DNA from: Candidatus Methylomirabilis oxygeniifera
GTDB taxonomy: Bacteria > Methylomirabilota > Methylomirabilia > Methylomirabilales > Methylomirabilaceae
Reading direction: 5' to 3'
Length of the DNA stretch: 32,000 nt
Assembly (NCBI GenBank): GCA_000091165.1
Contig: FP565575.1
Span: forward strand, 1,020,001-1,052,000
Shown here: piece by piece, positions 27,937-32,000 of the stretch
Layout of the letters: each line of letters begins with the position of its first letter
Position numbering within the stretch: the stretch's first letter is position 1
Position numbers and translations under genes: made by a program
Notes under the pieces: model-generated
The model's input: the letters and a program-made list of their open reading frames with translations, nothing else
The model's database searches: none
Told to the model about the DNA's origin: nothing

Positions 27937-27976
27937 GTCATTGCGAGCCGCAGGCAAAGCAATCTCACGGTACTTC
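27937..27976. repeat. Partial copy of the GTCATTGCGAG...AAGCAATCTC repeat
   Basis: gtcattgcgagccgcaggcaaagcaatctcacggtacttcg matches one arm of 25402-25494. Confidence 0.65.
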
Positions 27977-28086
27977 GTTATCTAGAATAGTGGAGTGGCG
28001 ACAGGTTGTAAAGGCGAATCACCGTAGTCTGCGCAGTCTGGACGGCTGTAAAAGGCTGGCTTCATACAAACTCTTCGACCCGTTTA

Positions 28087-28104
28087 TCCTGAGCCTGTCG
28101 AAGG
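28087..28104. repeat. TCCTGAGCCTGTCGAAGG dispersed repeat
   Basis: The sequence tcctgagcctgtcgaagg recurs as tcctgagccctgtcgaaggg at 29740-29759 and in degenerate form near 29621-29640. Confidence 0.6.
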
Positions 28105-28334
28105 AAGCCGATCCAAGCCCAGAACTATGAGAGAATGTTGGTGGGGAGTGATGAGCATGCGCTATGGTCTGGCGCAACACGAGAGGGTGACGTTTTACTT
28201 GCTGCTGGCGACGAGGCCGCTCCACCCAGAGGCGTCGTCGATCAGGTTGCTGCCCAACGAGGTGACGGTGCGAGGGTGGGGTGAGGAGGCAGAAAGGAAA
28301 CGGAACGCAATAGGGCACCTATCGGCCCGCCACG

Positions 28335-28529
28335 TCACCCCCCGCAGCAGCGCTTGGCCTTCAGGCCGCTGCCGCAGGGGCAGGGCGCATTGCGGCCGAC
28401 GGCGGCTGGGCTCGTGGACGGGTCGGGTCGGCCCCATGTCAGTGCGACGGCCCCCCAGTACAGCAGCAGCGCGAAGAAGCCGCGCCCCATAAACTCGAAG
28501 AAGGCATAGAGCCAGTCGAAGAGGATCAT
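28335..28529 (-). CDS. Small membrane-associated protein with C-terminal SEC-C motif
   Basis: 64 aa: MILFDWLYAFFEFMGRGFFALLLYWGAVALTW...AAVGRNAPCPCGSGLKAKRCCGG. CPCGSGxxxKxCC zinc motif. ATG overlaps the TGA of the upstream gene. Confidence 0.75.
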   Translation of the reverse strand: MILFDWLYAFFEFMGRGFFALLLYWGAVALTWGRPDPSTSPAAVGRNAPCPCGSGLKAKRCCGG

Positions 28530-29068
28530 CTTGGAGCGAGAGTAGTCGGTCGAGATAGCGATGCCGCCCGTAGTCGGGTCGGCCAGAGCTTCGTGTACTC
28601 AATGGTCACGAGGAAGGCGACAAGATCGGTCAGAACCAGCAGGCCGAGGCTCCAGGCGAGGGCCCGGCTACGCCGCCGCCAGGACCAACCGGGCGTTGCC
28701 AGGATCAGCGCGGCCAGGAGGGCGGGGGGGTACTGCCCGACGGTATCGCGCAACGGCTGCCGGATCGCGTCCACCGCATTGGGAGCCCGGCGCCGGAACG
28801 GCCGCTCGGCTACGACGGCGGTGCCTTCGACGAGGTAGCGGGTGTCGGGCGCCGATTCCAGCAGCGGCATGAGCGGGCGCGCGAGGCCGGCGAGCAGGTG
28901 GGCGTACACGGGCGCGAGGGCCAGCCAGAGCAGCGCGAGGAGGAGGAAGCTCCCGGCGAAGCGCAGGAGGGCGCCTCTCCAGTTCCCCCTAAGCGCCTGG
29001 ACGAAGCCGGGTAATCCAGCCGAGCCAGCAGGCGGCGACGACAACGAGGAAGAGGGCTTGCCAGACAT
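28526..29068 (-). CDS. Hypothetical membrane protein, probable exosortase H-associated partner
   Basis: Several hydrophobic segments (FAGSFLLLALLWLALAPVYAHLLAGL, ...LAWSLGLLVLTDLVAFLVTIEY). Directly downstream of, and overlapping, the exosortase gene. Confidence 0.65.
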   Translation of the reverse strand: MSGKPSSSLSSPPAGSAGLPGFVQALRGNWRGALLRFAGSFLLLALLWLALAPVYAHLLAGLARPLMPLLESAPDTRYLVEGTAVVAERPFRRRAPNAVDAIRQPLRDTVGQYPPALLAALILATPGWSWRRRSRALAWSLGLLVLTDLVAFLVTIEYTKLWPTRLRAASLSRPTTLAPR

Positions 29069-29516
29069 AGAGATGCGCGGCCTGAAAACCGCCGGGCCAG
29101 TAGCGCCCGAGGGCGAGCAGGCTCACGACCCGGAGGAGGTTGACGACATAGAGAACCGCAGCCCCGAGGAGAAAGCCGGCCAGTCGCAGGCGGAATGAGG
29201 CCGGGTAGGCCAGAACCGCCGCCCCGTAGAGGCCGATTTCATAAAGGGCGTTACAATTATTCTTGATCTCGACCGCAAAGCCGGGGATGCCGACGGACGC
29301 TCCGGAGACCGAGGCCTGAACGCCGGCGCCTCGCAGCAGCCCGTGCGTGAGCCACGCAATCCATCGGGTGGAGGGGACCACGATCAGGTCATTCAGCCCA
29401 TAAAGGAAGAGGAACGCTGCGATGGTATACGCCGAGAAGCGGAGGCAGAAGCGCACGCCCTCCCGGTGCTGCCGGAGCCATCCCCCTAACCGACCTCTCG
29501 TTTGGGTTCCGTGCAT
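28989..29516 (-). CDS. xrtH: Exosortase, XrtH type (IPTL-CTERM sorting)
   Basis: Multi-TM protein with conserved Cys (EIKNNCNALYEIGLY), Arg (YVVNLLRVVSLLALG) and His (QAAHLYVWQALF) in exosortase order. An IPTL-CTERM protein is encoded about 1 kb away. The start is uncertain; the ORF is open to 29579. Confidence 0.8.
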   Translation of the reverse strand: MHGTQTRGRLGGWLRQHREGVRFCLRFSAYTIAAFLFLYGLNDLIVVPSTRWIAWLTHGLLRGAGVQASVSGASVGIPGFAVEIKNNCNALYEIGLYGAAVLAYPASFRLRLAGFLLGAAVLYVVNLLRVVSLLALGRYWPGGFQAAHLYVWQALFLVVVAACWLGWITRLRPGA

Positions 29517-29591
29517 GGAGAAACGTATAGCGGAAAGTCGATTGCCCGTCAACAGGAAATAGGGTGAGGTCGGCGCCACCCGACGGCGACG

Positions 29592-29677
29592 CGTCGTTGC
29601 GAGTAGATTCGCGGAGTCTATCCTGAGCGAAGCCGAAGGGCTCAGGGCTTCGGTTTATTGGTCACTCGCAATGACAA
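29592..29677. repeat. Divergent copy of the GTCATTGCGAG...CTCGCAATGAC palindrome containing a TCCTGAGC..GAAGG segment
   Basis: cgtcgttgcgagtag...tcctgagcgaagccgaagggctcagggcttcggtttattggtcactcgcaatgacaag. Confidence 0.65.
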
Positions 29678-29739
29678 GGCGTTGGGGCGTGTCTTCCCCG
29701 CAGACTCTCATGGCCACGGGCGCGCCGCCGGAGGTCCTG

Positions 29740-29759
29740 TCCTGAGCCCTGTCGAAGGG
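29740..29759. repeat. TCCTGAGCCCTGTCGAAGGG dispersed repeat
   Basis: Second clear copy of the 28087-28104 motif. Confidence 0.6.
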
Positions 29760-29796
29760 CCAACAGGCCGCCGCCTCGTCCATTATATCTGGCGGA

Positions 29797-30207
29797 TTAA
29801 CGAGGTACCGGCAGATCGAGGAATTGGGCCGGGGTGACGATCGTGGTGCCGCGGTAGGATCCTAGAGGCAGCAGATGCTCTTTATCACCAGTGACCAGGA
29901 ACTCCGCCTGCGCCGCAGCCACACACTCCAAGATGCGGTTATCATCATCGTTGGCTGTCACGACGGTAATCCGCTCTGTGGGTGTCATCACATGGGCCAT
30001 GGCACGGATTGCATTGACCCGAATGTCCGCCTCCTTTTTCGCGAAGCGGAATGTCTCTCGCAGAACGCGGTCGAGCTCGGACAGGATGAAAGGGGAGATG
30101 AACAGCTCGATTTCTCCTCTGCGGATGCGATACAGGATTTGATCCGGCTTGCTCCCCGGGAAAGCCAGGGCGGAGATCAAGACATTGGTGTCAAGGACAA
30201 TCCGCAT
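29797..30207 (-). CDS. PIN-domain toxin, putative type II toxin-antitoxin
   Basis: MRIVLDTNVLISALAFPGSKPDQIL..., ILSELDRVLRE, DNRILECVAAAQAEFLVTGDKEHLLPLGSYRGTTIVTPAQFL (PIN acidic residues). Confidence 0.9.
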   Translation of the reverse strand: MRIVLDTNVLISALAFPGSKPDQILYRIRRGEIELFISPFILSELDRVLRETFRFAKKEADIRVNAIRAMAHVMTPTERITVVTANDDDNRILECVAAAQAEFLVTGDKEHLLPLGSYRGTTIVTPAQFLDLPVPR

Positions 30208-30219
30208 GGTGTGGTGGGC

Positions 30220-30456
30220 TTATTTGCGGACCGCGTGCACGATTCGATCCACATCCTCCTCCGTTCTGATTCCGAGCGCCTGGGCGTGGAGGGCGGTCTT
30301 GCGCTGAAGTTTCCGCCAGCGTTGGTCCTCAAGGTACAGGCGCAAGGCTTCCCGGAGGAGTTCGCTCTTCGTTCGATTTTCCTCCTTGGCTGTTCGTTCG
30401 GCCTCTCTGCTGAGCTTAGGCGGAAGCGAAATAGTCCATGTCTTGGTGGTGCGCAT
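30220..30456 (-). CDS. Ribbon-helix-helix (CopG/MetJ-type) antitoxin
   Basis: TKTWTISLPPKLSREAERTAKEENRTKSELLREALRLYLEDQRW. 12 bp upstream of the PIN gene. Near-perfect SD (AGGAGGTGA) before the ATG. Confidence 0.88.
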   Translation of the reverse strand: MRTTKTWTISLPPKLSREAERTAKEENRTKSELLREALRLYLEDQRWRKLQRKTALHAQALGIRTEEDVDRIVHAVRK

Positions 30457-30479
30457 CGTGTCACCTCCTGTTCGGTTGA

Positions 30480-30520
30480 ATCTTACTTAGTAAGATATGA
30501 TGTTATTACAGAGATGTCAA
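30480..30520 (-). promoter_or_regulatory. Promoter plus overlapping palindromic operator of the toxin-antitoxin operon
   Basis: Minus strand: TTGACA (30515-30520), 17 bp, TATCTT (30492-30497). Perfect inverted repeat ATCTTAC-3nt-GTAAGAT at 30480-30496 overlaps the -10. Confidence 0.65.
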
Positions 30521-30621
30521 GGGGGTCAGTATAGTCTGATGCTCCATTCGAGAGTCTGAGTATGGCACGAGGGCTAGGGAGCGGTCGGATGGCTGGGGGG
30601 CGCGGAGCCGAAGGCGATGGG

Positions 30622-32000
30622 CTACGCGGGACGGACGTGGCGGCGCAGGGCGAGGAGGCCGCCGCCGACCAGGAGCGCGACCATGGCAAGCTGCGCCCAC
30701 TCCGACAGGGTGGGAATCGCCTGAGTCCCGACGGCAGTCAGCGTGACATCGTTGCTGCCCACGTACGAAATGTGGAATTGCGTGCTGCCGACCGTGAACG
30801 TCGCGCCCTCGGGCAATCCGGCGAACGTTCCCGTCACGGCGTCGGTACTGTCATTGTTGATGATCGTGAACACTTGCCCTGCTGTCGGCGTGAAGCCGAG
30901 GACCACGTTCAGCGTGGCGCCACCGAGGGTCACCGTCCCCGTCACGTTGACCTGGTCGTACTGCGTCCCGACCGTGGGGCCGTTGATCTCGATGGTCAGC
31001 GTGCTGCCGGAAGTCAGCGTCAGGTTGCCGGTGTTCATGATCCCGGTCGAAAGCCCGGGGCCCAGTGTGCCGCCGTTGTTCACGGTCACGGCATTGAACG
31101 TGCCCGTGCCGCCGAGCGTGCCGCCCGAGTTCACCGTCACCGGCGAGGCGATCGACCCGTTGACCGCGAGCGTCCCCGCGTTCACGGTCGTGGCGCCGGT
31201 GTAGGTGTTCGCGCCCGAGAGCGTCAGCGTGCCGGTGCCGGCCTTGGTCAGCGCCGCCGCGCCGCCGCTGTTCTGATACACGCCGGAGAAGGTGGTGCTG
31301 GTGTTGTCGCCGCCGACGGTCAGCGCGTTGCTGCCGTTCATAAATACGTTGCCGCCCCCGGCCAGCGAGCCGATGGTGCTGGCGGCCTGGAAGAGCGCGC
31401 TGCCGTTGACGGTGAGCGCGCTGCTGGTCGGGACGGCACCATTGACATCAAATCGGACGCGTGCGGTGCCACTAACGGTGGTCGCGCCGGTGTACGAGTT
31501 GACGGTGAGGAGCTGGAGGCCGTCGGTTGGCCCCGTGCTCGATAGCGTAAGAGGACCCGTTCCAGTGATGGCGCCTGTGAAATGCAAAGCGTCGGCATTG
31601 CCGCCTGAGGTAGCCAGCGAGAAGGTGGTCGAGCCGTTAAGTGTCACCCCAGGAACACTGTCAGCCGGGCTGGTGTTGGCGTTATTGAAGGTATCGGTGA
31701 TGGTGCCGCCGCTTTGGAGCACGATCGGGCCGCCGGCAATTGCCAGGATGCCGCCACCGCCGTTGCAGGAATTCATCGTGAGGGAATGCAGTTGAACTGT
31801 GGACGGCAGATCGTAATTCGTGGGACACGCGGCCCCGCCCGCCCCTTGGCTCATATCGATGACGACATCGTCGCCTGTCCCCGGCGCGCCCGCCGGAGTC
31901 CAGCAGGCGCTGGTTGACCAGTTCGAGCCCAAAGGACAGCCACCGACACTGCCATTCAGGTTTTTGGTGGCGGCGAAGGCTGGCGTGGGAGGCAGCAATA
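30622..32000 (-). CDS. IPTL-CTERM surface protein with autotransporter-associated beta-strand repeats (5' end outside the window)
   Basis: C-terminus AIPTLSEWAQLAMVALLVGGGLLALRRHVRPA is an IPTL-CTERM sorting signal (motif, TM, basic tail). Repeats ALTKAGTGTLTLSGANTYTGATTVNAGTL. Frame starts at the window edge with LLPPTPAFAAT, the end of a signal peptide. Confidence 0.9.
   Translation of the reverse strand, partial: LLPPTPAFAATKNLNGSVGGCPLGSNWSTSACWTPAGAPGTGDDVVIDMSQGAGGAACPTNYDLPSTVQLHSLTMNSCNGGGGILAIAGGPIVLQSGGTITDTFNNANTSPADSVPGVTLNGSTTFSLATSGGNADALHFTGAITGTGPLTLSSTGPTDGLQLLTVNSYTGATTVSGTARVRFDVNGAVPTSSALTVNGSALFQAASTIGSLAGGGNVFMNGSNALTVGGDNTSTTFSGVYQNSGGAAALTKAGTGTLTLSGANTYTGATTVNAGTLAVNGSIASPVTVNSGGTLGGTGTFNAVTVNNGGTLGPGLSTGIMNTGNLTLTSGSTLTIEINGPTVGTQYDQVNVTGTVTLGGATLNVVLGFTPTAGQVFTIINNDSTDAVTGTFAGLPEGATFTVGSTQFHISYVGSNDVTLTAVGTQAIPTLSEWAQLAMVALLVGGGLLALRRHVRPA

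Noticed and set aside
28019-28318. 99-aa minus-strand ORF upstream of the SEC-C region
   Set aside because: Overlaps dispersed repeats and other competing frames, with no domain signature or convincing ribosome binding site.
30562-31545. 327-aa plus-strand ORF rich in Arg/Gly/Ala
   Set aside because: Antisense to the repeat-rich IPTL-CTERM gene. Composition (RRDRAADGE...) is an antisense artefact.
31292-31795. 167-aa plus-strand ORF rich in Pro/Val/Ser
   Set aside because: Also antisense to the beta-strand repeat gene; low-complexity shadow frame.
1-32000. tRNA, rRNA or phage/integrase genes
   Set aside because: I noticed no convincing tRNA cloverleaf, rRNA segment, integrase or transposase ORF while reading the window.

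Overview
This window looks like an ordinary bacterial chromosomal segment. Product mix, synteny and codon usage suggest the NC10 / Candidatus Methylomirabilis lineage, but that is an inference and no search was run. I support about 25 protein-coding genes and no rRNA, tRNA or CRISPR. Left to right: the C-terminal end of an HflX-like GTPase, pgsA, an AMP-forming acyl-CoA synthetase, der, a divergent ychF-like ATPase (-), an RNase H-like exonuclease, mtaB, mtnP and a PfkB-family kinase. Next is a methylmalonyl-CoA pathway cluster: carboxylase beta subunit, biotin carboxylase, biotin carrier, mutase catalytic subunit and epimerase. After it come a FlgT/CsgG-like + VCBS-type envelope protein, a FadL-like porin, bacterioferritin (-), an unusual 590-aa Mrr-like/wHTH/TPR protein (-), and moaD-moaE. 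On the minus strand follow a beta-oxidation operon (fadB with an apparent homopolymer frameshift, fadA, acyl-CoA dehydrogenase), an exosortase H locus (xrtH, a membrane partner and a tiny SEC-C protein), a PIN/RHH toxin-antitoxin pair with a readable promoter/operator, and an IPTL-CTERM beta-strand-repeat surface protein cut by the window edge. The most notable observations are: (1) a family of 7-nt-periodic inverted repeat elements placed directly upstream of genes, with G-quadruplex potential in one; (2) the exosortase H / SEC-C / IPTL-CTERM module; (3) a MoaD whose Gly-Gly is followed by a TDV tail, with the Gly-Gly codons also forming the moaE Shine-Dalgarno; (4) the Mrr-like/wHTH/TPR protein that seems to have lost catalytic residues; (5) a frameshift in fadB at a 6-G run; (6) several palindromic dispersed repeats.
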